NCBI GenBank assembly: GCA_965637545.1
Contig: OZ281497.1
Coordinates: 24,676,001-24,740,000, forward strand
Length of the DNA: 64,000 nucleotides
Direction of reading: 5' to 3'
Source of the DNA: Phallusia mammillata
Taxonomy: Eukaryota
This document shows positions 1 to 12,457 of this stretch, one piece after another. Within the stretch, counting starts at the first letter, position 1. Each line of letters opens with the position of its first letter. Under the pieces are notes generated by a model. That model saw nothing but the letters and a program-made list of their open reading frames with translations. It did not search any database and was not told the DNA's origin. The position numbers and the translations under genes were made by a program.

Positions 1-1
1 T

Positions 2-3000
2 CCTATTTTTACTAGTACTGAAAACAAAGTGTCAACAGAAACTACATTGGACACATCAACCACTCCAAATCAGTTGCCATCAACGACCACGTTATCAACT
101 ACTACTGGGGCAATTGGTAAACTAGTTGAGCCGTCGTCTACTGCAACAACAACACAATCTATTACCAGTACGACAGTATCGACAACAAAGACGTTCGGTT
201 CAACTGCCGAAAATTGGTTGACAACGACGAATTTGGCTACTACAATACAGCAGGACCAGCAATCGTCAACAGAACCAGAGATAGCATCAACAACGTCAGT
301 AAAAGCTTCAACTTTATCTGAAGTAGTCACAAAGGCCACCAGCAGTGTCACTGTTCCATCAAGTACTGAAGAAGCAACAACGCTAAAGACAACAACACCG
401 CCATCAGAAGCTTCAGCAAAAACATCAACGACAACAATGAGATCTTCAACAAAACCTTCAGAGAACTCAAAGTCTACAGTAGCAACAACAGCAGAATCCA
501 AAGACACAACAAAAGCTACCAGGGCAACAACTGGAGCAGATGAAACACCAAGGGCAACTACAGTCATTATCAAGTCAACAGAAGCCCCACAGGTGTCAAC
601 AACAACAGAGTCTGTAGACAAACCAAGTACTACTGCTGGAATAACAGGTGCAACAAGTTCTGCGGCGGCAACCAAAGTACCCACTGAAACATCAACTATC
701 ACAGCTACACCAACTAAATCAACGACGGATTTCACATCGACAGCTTCATCTACAGAGAAACCAAAGTCATCCACTGTAGTGAAAGAGACTACAAACACTG
801 CAAAAGTGGCATCGGCAACTACACCCAAAGAAACACCAGCTACCGCCGAACCCACCGCCAGATCTACTGAAAGCCCGAGAGCTTCAACAGTTTCTAGTCA
901 ATCTACGACAACAGAAATGACAACTACACACATACTAACAAAGACCACACCAACAACAAAATTTGCAGAAACTCCAATAACAACAACAGTTGCAACAGAA
1001 TCTACAGAAACGCCGCAAGTAACAACTGTAAACACAGAAAATACTGCAACATCAAAAGGACCAGCAGGAACAACCGAAACTCAAGGAACAACTAGAACGA
1101 CCGACGTTACGGTCGAATTTAAAGATACTACTACACCACTTACAACAAAAATTACAGAAACACCAAATGCGTCTACAGTAACACCAGTCTTAACCAGAGC
1201 AACAAAGGCGGAAATTGCCACAACAGAGTCGGTAGAAACACCAACGGCGACCGCAAAAACCACACCGCCAGTAGGAACTTCAAGGCCAACCACAACTAAT
1301 AAAGGTTCTGTTGAAACACCAAAGACGACAGAAATATCGTCTACGCCACGTGTAACCATACCCACAACCAGAAATACAGAACCGCCTAAAGCAAGTACAA
1401 CAACGACAACAAAAACTTCAACGAAAGCGACAGAAGCACCTTCGACAAGCACAGAAGAAGTTAAGACAACGACAACAAAAATTACCGAACCGTCAACAAT
1501 AACTACACAATCAACAAAAATTCCAAGAGAAACAACAACCACGAGTGACATTCCTAAAACAACAAAAAGGATAGAATCTACAACAGAAGATGCAATAACA
1601 ACCAAGGCAACAACAGCAACATTCGATTTTTCAGAAACACCAGTGACGACTGAAGCCGCAACGACTAGTTTGTTTTCCGTCACCACATCTACACTCTCGT
1701 CACAAAGCCAACCAACTACTATCACAGAACCAGAGCCAGTTACTGCAGACTCTACCACGACGGGTCTAAGTATAACAGAACCAACACCATCTGAGGCTTT
1801 GGTTTCCACTACATCAAGTCCTTTAACTTCCAGCTCAAACTCCAGTGGTTCAACATCTTCTCAGGCCACAACAAGTCGAACGGCAACTGCCACAAGTGAA
1901 TCCATCACGCTAACGACCACCGAGGAGCCGGATCCGTTTACTGTTGACACCCAAACACCAGCCAGTTCAAAACAAACTACAACTCTAACCAGCAACAAAC
2001 AGACAAGCACACAAATAGAAACAGTATCACCATCAGCAACATCTAGAACAACAGCCGGAACGTTTGCAACTACACCTGTAGAAGTAACTTCTGCAAAAAC
2101 CACAACAACAGGTGCCACTGCTGGCAAAACTACAACTATTGATGCAACGGATGGCAAAACTACAACTACAGATGCAACGGATGGCAAAACTACAACCACT
2201 GATGCAAAGGATGGCAAAACTACAACTACAGATCCAACTGTTGGCAAAACTACAACTACAGACGCAATAGCTGGCAAAACTACTACTACAGATGCAACTG
2301 CTGGTAAAACTACAACTACAGATCCAACTGCTGGCAAAACTACAACTACTGATGCAACTGCTGGCAAAACTACAACTACAGATGCAACTCCTGGCAAAAC
2401 TACAGCTACAGATGCAACCACTGGCAAAACTACAACTACAGATGCAACTCCTGGCAAAACTACAACTACTGATGAAACTGTTGGCAAAACTACAACTACA
2501 GATGTAACTGCTGGTAAAACTACAACTACAGATGCAACTCCTGGCAAAACTACAACTACAGATGCAACGGATGTCAAAACTACAACTACAGATGCAACTG
2601 CTGGTAAAACTACAACTACAGATGTAACTGCTGGTAAAACTACAACTACAGATGCAACTCCTGGCAAAACTACAACTACAGATGCAACGGATGTCAAAAC
2701 TACAACTACAGATGCAACGGATGGAAAAACTACAACTACAGATGTAACTGCTGGTAAAACTACAACTACAGATGCAACTCCTGGCAAAACTACAACTACA
2801 GATGCAACGGATGTCAAAACTACAACTACAGATGCAACGGATGGAAAAACTACAACTACAGATGTAACTGCTGGTAAAACTACAACTACAGATGCAACGG
2901 ATGTCAAAACTACAACTACAGATGCAACGGATGGCAAAACTACAACTACAGATGCAACGGATGGAAAAACTACAACTACTGATGCAACTGCTGGCAAAAC

Positions 3001-6000
3001 TACAACTACAGATGCAACTCCTGGCAAAACTACAACATCTGATGGCAAAACTACAACTACAGATGCAACAGCTAGCAAAACTACAACTACAGATGCAACT
3101 GTTGGCAAAACTACAACTACAGATGCAACAGCTAGCAAAACTACAACGTCAGATGCAACGGATGTCAAAATTACAACCACAGATGCAACGGATGTCAAAA
3201 CTACAACTACAGATGCTACAGCTAGCAAAACTACTACTACAGATGCAACAGCTGGTAAAACTACAACTACAAATGCAACTACTGGCAAAACTACAACTGT
3301 AGATGCAACTGTTGGCAAAACTACAACTACTGATGCAACGGATGGTAAAACTACAACCGCAGATGCAACTGCGGGCAAAACTACCACTACAGATCCAACT
3401 GATGGTAAAACTACAACTACAATTGCAACGGATGGAAAAACTACCACCACAGATGCAACTGCTGTCAAAACTACAATTACAGATGCAACAGCTAGCAAAA
3501 GTACAACTACAGATCCAACTTCTGGCAAAACTACAACTACAGATGTACCTGCAGGCAAAACTACAACTGCAGATGTAACTGCAGGCAAAACTACAACTAC
3601 AGATGCAACTCCTGGCAAAACTACCGCCACAGACCCAACTGCTGGCAAAACTACCACCACATCTGCAACGGATGTCAAAACTACAACTACTGATGCAACA
3701 GCTGGAAAAACTACAACCACAGATGCAAAGGATGGCAAAAGTACAACTACAGATCTAACTGCTGGCAAAACTACAACTACAGATCCAACTGCTGGCAAAA
3801 CTACAACTACTGATGCAACTGCTGGCAAAACTACAGCTACAGATGCAACCACTGGCAAAACTACAACTACAGATGCAACTCCTGGCAAAACTACAACTAC
3901 TGATGAAACTGTTGGCAAAACTACAACTACTGATGAAACTGTTGGCAAAACTACAACTACAGATGTAACGGATGGCAAAACTACAACTACTGATGAAACT
4001 GTTGGCAAAACTACAACTACAGATGCAACTGCTGGCAAAACTACAACTGCAGATGCAACGGATGTCAAAACTACAACTACAGATGCAACTTTTAGCAAAA
4101 CTACAACTACAGATGCAACGGTTGGAAAAACCACGACTACAGATGCAACGGATGGCAAAACTACAACTCCAGATGCAACAGATGTCAAAACTACTACTAC
4201 AGATGCAACTCCTGGCAAAACTACAACTACAGATGCAACCACTGGCAAAACTACAACCACAGATGCAACTCCTGGCAAAACAACAACTACAGATGCAACT
4301 GCTGGCAAAACTACAACTCCAGAGAAGCCAGAAAAGTTGATAGAGACAACAACTACATCTGGCGTTACGTCCAGTTCGGTTCCAGTAACTTTATCCACGG
4401 ATACAAGTGTCACTACCGATAGTTCGACGCCCAGACTCACAAACCAACCAACTACAAGTGGAGCTGATCCCGTTCCAAGAGACGGTGATGATGAAAAATC
4501 AACAACAACTATGTTATCAACCTCCGCTCAAACAACCGAGGTAGTTCTCACAAGTAGACAGTTTTCATCACCTGTCCAGGTTACCTCAACAACAGAACAG
4601 TCAATTGTTACAATTCCCACTGCCGCGAGTGCCTCCACGCCATCCACCACAAATGACAACACCACAATGTCTTCCACTACTCCTAGGTCTTCGTCTTCCA
4701 TTGAACCCGAACCAAGTTTAGCGTCTTCCACAACAATTTCCGCATCTAAAGCAACAACTTTTGTGCCTTCAACAAGTAAAAACACATTTTCTAGCCCTAA
4801 AACCACAGATGCCTTAACAAGCACCCCTGATGCAACAACCCTTGTGCCTTCTGATACTTCTGTGCCAAGTGTAACGCCTTCAACTGCAATAAGTACTGTG
4901 ACAGCTTCAACCGAACGAGTTTTAGTAACTTCTTCTGCTGTCCAAACAACTGAAGAAAATCTATCACCAACAGCTGGTACCACAACTGAGATTCTTTCCA
5001 CAACTCAAGAGGACAAGCCATTAGTTTCGACAACCTCCGAAACCGGATTTTCTACTTATGCATCTACTACAACTAACGCTATGGAAAAACTTTCTACAAC
5101 CGATGAACCGGCGGTTGGTGTATCAACCATTGACAATAACACAACATTTGGTGTTCCGACTCCGACTGTAACTTCAACAACAGCTCAACCAATCACCCTC
5201 GAAACAGCCAGAACAGTGAAATCAAACCCTGGTCCTTCTATACCAGTAACTGTCTCTAGTTCAACACACTCTTCGACAGGTATGTCAGCTTCTTCAGCAA
5301 CGCCAACTGATAATGTTGGAGCTGAAATCACCACTACCCTGTCAACGTCAACCATTGGTAATGTAACTACAAAAGTTAAACCGAATGATCCCGAAAAGAA
5401 AGATCCGGATGGTAGTAAAGTTACTGAGCCGGGTGTTACACACCCAACCACAACTGAAGGAAAAGACCCGATGATATCCACTACTCCGTCTTACAACGGT
5501 AAAACAAGTTTTTCTTTTAGAGAATGAAAAATATTTTTATGTCAGAGCTAAAGATATCACTCTAGGGTCTAGGCCTTTCAAACATTAAAAATTTTCTTTT
5601 GTTTGATTTTGCAGATTTCATAAATACATTATTGCATGGCGCATGATTGTAAAACCGTACACTTCCATGTCATGTCACTTTCATTTGTTTTATAAATTTT
5701 GCGTTGATATGGAGGTTTTGTGCTTTATCTTAAATGTTTTGTTTCATTTCGCGCAGCTAACGGAACGACCACCAACGGCGGTAGCACGATCACAATAAAA
5801 GAAAAGGGAAAAACGATTCCGATAAAAAGTGGATTCAAGACCATATGCAAACCAGACAACATCACAATACTCGTAGACAAGGTATAACAAAAGAGTTTTG
5901 ATGATGTAGAGTGTAGACCAAACTGTATTAGATCAGAACTTGTCTTAAAACAGCCATTGGATAATTTTTTAACACTTTTTGCATTTAAAAAAGCTTGTGT

Positions 6001-9000
6001 TTATCTTGATTCACTTTAATGTTTGTGGTAAAATATATTTTTCATAAAATACGCAATGTTCAGCTTCTGATTTGTAAAAACAATTATCAAAATATTTGTC
6101 CACACGTTCCATATCTTGTTACAGTCGGTCATTGGCGAGTACGAGTCGAAATTCGGTCCTCTTCATTTGAACGATTATGAAGATCCGAGATGTAGAGGAG
6201 TGGAATACGAGGATTATTACCGTTACACTATTGCTCCTGATATTCTGGACTGTGGTACTGAATTCGAGGTATGACTGGCACTATTTTTATTTACACACCA
6301 CCAAGAAATCTAAGTGCTTTGAAAAAGATTTAAGGGAATATTTCCCACCAAAAGAAGCTTTTTTTGGTTTTGAATTCTGGTAATCTACCACAAACTACAA
6401 ATGTTTCGCCTATCATGACAAAAATATAAATGTAAACAAATGTCATACTTTTCAGCAAGAAACGTTAAGTCTCGCGATTTTAAAATGTGCTCGAAATATT
6501 TGAACAGGCCCGATGTTGACTTAAAAGCGGAAATAATTTCAGTAATATACAGTGCCGGATTAAGGGTCTGCTGGCCTGTAGGCACATTTTAGAAGTGGCC
6601 CGAAAATCAGGATTGCCAACTAAAAAATTAGAATTATCGTGTTGCCATATCTTTCTACTAATTTTAAAGTGGCCTGGATTTTTGACTGGCCTGTAGGCAC
6701 GTGCCTACTTTGCCTAATGGTTAATCCGGCACTGGTAATATATCTTGCTAAATAGATATCAAAAACGCTAAGTTATTTACAAGCTAGCCTGATGAAACAA
6801 ACTTTGTGCTCCGTTACAGGTGAACGAAACCCACGTAAACTTTACGAACGTGGTGTCCAACTCGCAACGTAGAGCTCAGTGGCTGAAGAGTATCGGCGAC
6901 AGCAACGGTCAAGTAATCCTTGGCAACCGACTCGCTCGCCTTCCTATGGTGTTTGTCCACATGAACATTTGGTGTACTTTCCCAATTGATGTGAACGTCA
7001 GTACGCCGTTCTTGCCGCAAATACAGTAAGTACATTTGTTGATAAAAAAGTTGGCATATGATCTTACCCTAATGAGATCACGGAGGCAAAGCATGACGTA
7101 ACAGTTGATGATGTCACCATCTCGGACAGTTATCTTCAGAAAGTCGTAAAAAATATCAATCTAATTTCCTTAACCCACGTATTATTATTGACCTGTTAAG
7201 CTACGACAAATGACGTCAGGCTATTATTTTTACGCTATAACAACGTAAATCGTATGACGCAATGCCTCTGTCTAACAATCTGTTTTGCAGTTGTTTTGTT
7301 TTTAATAGGGACGAAAGATAACAAACAACCATAAATTATTATATTTTTTAAAGACAACAATACAGAAAATACAACAAATATTTTTTTCGCAGAATCCATA
7401 TGCTTACTTTCAACGTGTCCGGTCACGGTCAGTTCTCAGCACTGATGCAGCTTTACAAGACGGAAGCTTTTGAAGATCCCTACCTGCGTCCGCCAACACT
7501 TGCAATTGATGACAACTTGCATGTAGGAATCAGTCTACTTGAAAGCAGGGACATGTCGACGTTTCTTGTAAGTCATTACAGGACTTTTAGTTAGCTTGTT
7601 ATATTAGTACTTGACAAGCTTACAACCCAATTACCAAAGTTGCTTGAGAAGTGAAGCCAAATTGAATATTGTTTATTAATTCGCATCGCTTACAAGAAAT
7701 GCAAAATGTCACTTGTAAGTTATAACATAGTAAATCCGATTTGCAAACCATTTGGCCCATAGCTAGTTGCACGAAACGTGTTTGAAAATTGCATTTTATC
7801 TGATAAAGCTTTGTACAAAACAAAATTCAAATTAACAATTTAAATAAACAATTTAAGCCTAAACCTCGGTCGTATGTCATAACTCATAACTAATACATAT
7901 TGTGTCAGCGATACACAATCATCTAAAGATTCTTATTCAATTTTAGGTGGTCCGTGAATGCTGGGCGACCCCCGCAAGAGATCACAATCACCCGAACCGA
8001 TACGACATCATTTCCGAGTCCTGTGCAATCCCTGGGAGCTTGGATGACTCTATCCGCATACTGGAGAACGGAATGAGCAAGAGAGCGAGATGGCAGGGTT
8101 CAGTTTTTAAGTTTGTTGAGTTTGATCATGTTTGGCTTCACTGTGAAATCAGAGTCTGCTTTGGGGACAACTGCCAACCGGTAAGCAGAAACAATAGTTA
8201 GATTGTTTTTCTACGTTGAAAACTTACCTTGAATGGAGTATTGTAACGCTTTAATAAATCAAAAATTACTAAGGATTTCAGTGGTTTCATTTTTCCTTTC
8301 GGTAACAGTTTGTCAAGTGGTAATAACTTATAAGTTGTAAAAGTGAAGAGTATGAAGCGTACCCCGAAACAACACTATATCCATATATTGTTACAGTATT
8401 TGATTAGTCCAGTTTAAGTCATTCCTTATTGGTCTTCTTGCCATCTTCATTTTGTGTAAGTTAATTAATCAAACAATATTTTTATTTCCAGAACTGCGTC
8501 AACAGCCGAGCAAGGAGAGACACAAGGAATAAGGAGAAAAAAGAAAGTCTACACATCCTGAGCGCTGGGCCCGTAGTGGTTGGAAAAAAGATTAATGCAA
8601 CTACTCCACAGCCAAAAGCCAGTGCTACCACGAGTAAGTAAAGCATTTTAATACCATTTTCTTCGATGTCTTTTTACGGTTTGTGCTTTACCTGAAGACT
8701 CACGCAGTTTTGTACGTGTTTTGCGTCATTTTTACTTTCTGATCTGGAAAGATGGTTTCATATGGTTATGTATCAATAAGGTCACTTACAAATTTTTGTA
8801 TTTTAGACACAAGTGGCTCAATCTTGGAAGAAACGACAGTCCTCATTCTGGTGATTTCCTTGAGCGTCATCATAGTGTTTTGCTGTATCGTCATAATATG
8901 TGTGCTGTACCGACTTCGGAGACAAAGACGCCGCAACAAGCAGCTCGCGGGCGCCACCAACCTCGCCACGGCGCCTTTTGATTCTCGCGGTTTCAGAAGG

Positions 9001-9306
9001 TCGAGCATCGATCACCTCGAGAACGCGGTAGGACGAAGCAATTCCAGCATGAGCACATTCAGCTCTTCACGTTGTGCCAGTCCTCAATCGATGTCACCCA
9101 CTATATCGGCGATATCTCCCGGTCGCTATGGTTACGATAACACCAACTTCTTTTCGTCGACCACAGAGCTAAGGGAAGCGGAGGAAGTCGCTGACGATTT
9201 CCCTGCGCCACCTTCTGAGCTCCTCGCAGCGCCCATTGGTGGCGGCCAAACAAGCACAAGAGTAACGATAGAGGGCGCTCATGAGCAATGTAGCTCGTAT
9301 TTATAA
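2..9306 (+). CDS. Mucin-like Thr/Ser-rich, ZP-domain, single-pass membrane protein (>2340 aa, 5' end outside window)
   Basis: Exons <2-5498, 5757-5881, 6125-6268, 6820-7025, 7393-7567, 7947-8180, 8492-8633 and 8807-9306 all have GT-AG junctions with compatible phases. The first exon is open from the window edge. ZP-N shows ICKPD, PRCRG, DCGT and IWCTF. ZP-C shows GQFSALMQLY, ECWATP and LHCEIRVC. These are followed by a furin-type site RARR, an EHP-like LSAGPVVV, a TM helix VLILVISLSVIIVFCCIVIICVLY, a basic stop-transfer RLRRQRRR and a cytoplasmic tail ending SSYL. Confidence 0.93.
2096..4322 (+). repeat. Coding 30-bp tandem repeat (about 74 units of DATxGKTTTT)
   Basis: Unit of the form gatgcaactgctggcaaaactacaactaca. 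One in-frame 9-nt deletion near 3040. 2641-2760 and 2761-2880 are identical 120-bp blocks. Confidence 0.97.
6550..6734. mobile_element. hAT-family MITE (185 bp) in a ZP-gene intron
   Basis: Perfect 14-bp TIRs CAGTGCCGGATTAA / TTAATCCGGCACTG and a perfect 8-bp TSD GTAATATA (6542-6549, 6735-6742). Confidence 0.92.
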
Positions 9307-9869
9307 AGCGACCCGTATTATAGACTCGTTTATATTTAAAGTTCACTGCTATTAGTTAGGCGCGTAGATTTTTGCTGTGTTTATATTATGTTCCTTGAAC
9401 CTTTAGCGTCGCATCGTCGATAATATCGTCGATAATACTGTATTTGGTGCACATTGTTGTCAGTGATGTGGCAAACAAGCTAAATTAACATGTGTTTTTT
9501 ATTGCAACATGGATTTGTATTGAGGTTTTTTTCATTTAAGCCGGAACATTTTAAACGTTTTAGATAATTGTTTTAATTTTTTTATTTTTTGAACTGATTT
9601 TTGTTGCCAACGCCTGTGCATTTGGAAAGGTTAATTCTAGAAATACACTGGTAAGGTGCTGCTAGCCTTTAAAAGTAACACTTTTTTGTAGCATCTGTGT
9701 TGTTTTGTAAAACGATTATTTTTCTGCTTGCAAGAATTAATGCTGAACGTTTAAATTTTATATGTTACTTCGACATATACTTACGTTTCGGGTTCGTTGT
9801 GTTTGTTCTATTTTCGAGCTGTACCAACATGTATTATCCAATAAAACGTTTCAAACGAAATAATGCACT

Positions 9870-9945
9870 TCTGGCAAATGTATTCTATTAACCGACCGAC
9901 GTTTCAATACCCTATTCAGGTCGCCTTCATTAGGGTAATAACACT
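9870..9945 (-). mobile_element. Degenerate Penelope-like pLTR / hammerhead relic
   Basis: The minus strand reads ccctaatgaaggcgacctgaatagggtattgaaacgtcgg, matching 47642-47681 with the core mutated to CTAATGA. Flanking similarity continues (aatagaa..ttgcca). Confidence 0.5.
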
Positions 9946-11706
9946 CCAAAAGTAAACGCCGAGATGAAACAAAAAAGGCATCAACACAAACTTAACGAAA
10001 GGTAATAAACACAAAGACTTTTAATCAAAAGTCTTTAAATTCTGCCCTTAGGTAAATCAGACACTGCTCGCAGTAGAGGCAAAAACAAAGTATGCTGAGG
10101 GTAAGGCGAGCGTTCGCTGCTTATTTCGCGTGCAAAATCGAATGACTAAACAAACTGCAGCGCGACATAATAGAGAAAAAAGAGAATGCGAGAAAAAAGC
10201 ACTATTAGCACACTTTGATTATCGCGGGTCTGTAGAGTCGCTACAAAATTCAATAATCCTGAACCATCTCAATTTGTCCTAGAATTACAATACGTCCCAA
10301 ACAAGATTTGTGCTGTTAAACTGTTTGATTTTTAAAAAAGTGATCAATAAGACGGTATAACATGAGTATAATAAAACAGTCGGTGGGGCGTGGAATTAGA
10401 AATGTGGCATAGAACTTTAATTACTTTTACAAAATTCTAGCAAACAATTAAAGAAACAAGATTGCTTGTTCGCATGTTAACCTAGAGGTTTGGTTTACAG
10501 TAAAAAAAATCCCGAAATTTTCGATTCGAACTCAACCACCCATGTTACGCGTTTAACCTTGCTGCGATTTCGTGAGGTTCTCACTTCGCTTTGGATGGTC
10601 GGCGTTTCACAGGGTGAGTCTTCTTTAAACTATTTTTGTATAAATTAGTTTTCCTATTTTACCAGAACCGGAATGAAATAAAAGTTTCTGTATTTTTGTA
10701 ATTTTGTAAATTAAAAGAACCCTTAGTTTTTTTTGTCTATTTATTTACTTGACTATAACTATAAAATCTCACACCCCAAATAGAACATGTTTTTCATTGC
10801 AAAAGTAACAGTTCTTGTTAAAGCAAATTAAACTTGGCATACGTTTTGTAAAGAGTGTGGATATGTTATTCGTTTTTGGTATGTTATAAGTAAAGAAACT
10901 AGATGCGATTATCGCACTCTAACAATAATGAAAGTCACATATGGGCAAAACATTATGCGTTCGAAAAATGATACTTTGAATCAGCGGCAGAAAACTTTTC
11001 CAACAACAAAAAAATAAGTTGTGGACAATCTAAAAAATAAATGTTTTTACTGTACAAGATGTGGATTTTTTCGTTAACTGTAGGTTATAGAGCAACCTTT
11101 AAAGACAAAGCTTAAGTTTCGGACGATTAACACGTTACGCATTATGGAACGTTTAGTAATTAAATAAAATACCTAATACAAAGTATCGTGTGTTCGGTGA
11201 TCTAAATACGGCTTAAAAACGAATGTCAACTAAAGTTTGGAAGAAAAAGTGATGTAAATTAGTGGCGCTCTAGAGCAGATTGCAATGTAAACCTTCCGAG
11301 GAAAAACACTTTGGCTTTAGGGACAAAGAGATTTCTCCACAATGACTGCACGTACCCGCTGCAAATTTATTTTTACAAGTTGGGCAAACAATTTTTAAAA
11401 TAAAAGTTTATATCAGAGCTAGAATGGAACACCAAGTGAAAAACATAGATAAAAACAGTAAAACAATGCACATGCATTAAGAAAAACGATTTTACTGGGT
11501 TTCTTTTACCTATTGTAATATCGAAAGTTTAAAGACCACAACACATACAATAAAACCAAAAAAAAAAACTACAACACAAATAGCATAACCACATCGTCTA
11601 GTGCCGCTAACAAATAAAACAAGACACCACAAATGCACACACATGGTCGCAGCAGAGTAAAAAGCGGTGTCTCTATAAACTAAATCACGTCACTAGGAGG
11701 CAGGAA

Positions 11707-11790
11707 GTTGGCGGAATGGTCTGGCGCGCTTGACCCACATACAGACATAAAAAACCTGATCGAGATTCGACCCTGCGAGAGTCCTGGGTT
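11707..11790 (+). mobile_element. tRNA-derived SINE-like head (degenerate)
   Basis: A-box-like TGGCGGAATGGT at 11709 and B-box-like GAGATTCGACCC at 11762. No cloverleaf. Confidence 0.3.
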
Positions 11791-12457
11791 AGAACCCCGG
11801 GAAAAAAAAAATAAGTCACTAGGGCCATATAAAATATTGCTGGACCACTGCTAGAAAAAAGCAACACAAAATAGTATATACACTGACTTAACACTTTTAA
11901 TGACCATCTAGTAATCAGTTTTAGTTTTCTATTTTTGATACAAACAAAGACCCTTCAAGATGGGACTATAGTGCTCGAAAAGCGGGCAGAAAATTTCTTT
12001 CGCAATCCCTTTTTTTCCTTCATGTCCTGGTTTCATTAGAACTAATTTAGTGTTTTTCGATACTTTTGATTTTTCAGTTTTTGCTCCCTTTCCACATATC
12101 CGTAGGAATGCTTGTGGTGGTGGTGAAAAAAAAACTGAAATAAGAAAGATTTCTCAAACGAGGTGAGTAAGTGTACATTTTTTACAGTGTTGCTCCACAA
12201 CCAAAAGTGAAACGAAATAGTCAGCACAAACTTCAGGGTAAACTTGTCTTAACAATGACTTCACTGATTTTAATTAAATGTATGGCAACATCAAGCTTGC
12301 ACCTGCAGGAAAAGTTACGTAAAACACAGAGTGGAAGAAGCATCCTCTCCACTTAGGCCAGTTACAAAACAAGCCCGGGATTGGGAATAAAGACGTGAAG
12401 GAAAAAAACAGGGTATGTATTAACATATTTTGCTCCAACCTGAATAACATCATGATC

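Noticed and set aside
2096-4322. CRISPR-like appearance of the 30-bp periodicity
   Set aside because: No unique spacers, in-frame coding repeat, eukaryotic context and no cas genes.
70-5481. Long Val-rich antisense ORFs (including 859 aa at 1861-4440) and Gln/Leu/Met-rich alternative-frame ORFs
   Set aside because: Expected shadows of ACN-rich Thr codons and the 30-bp repeat; no splice or domain support.
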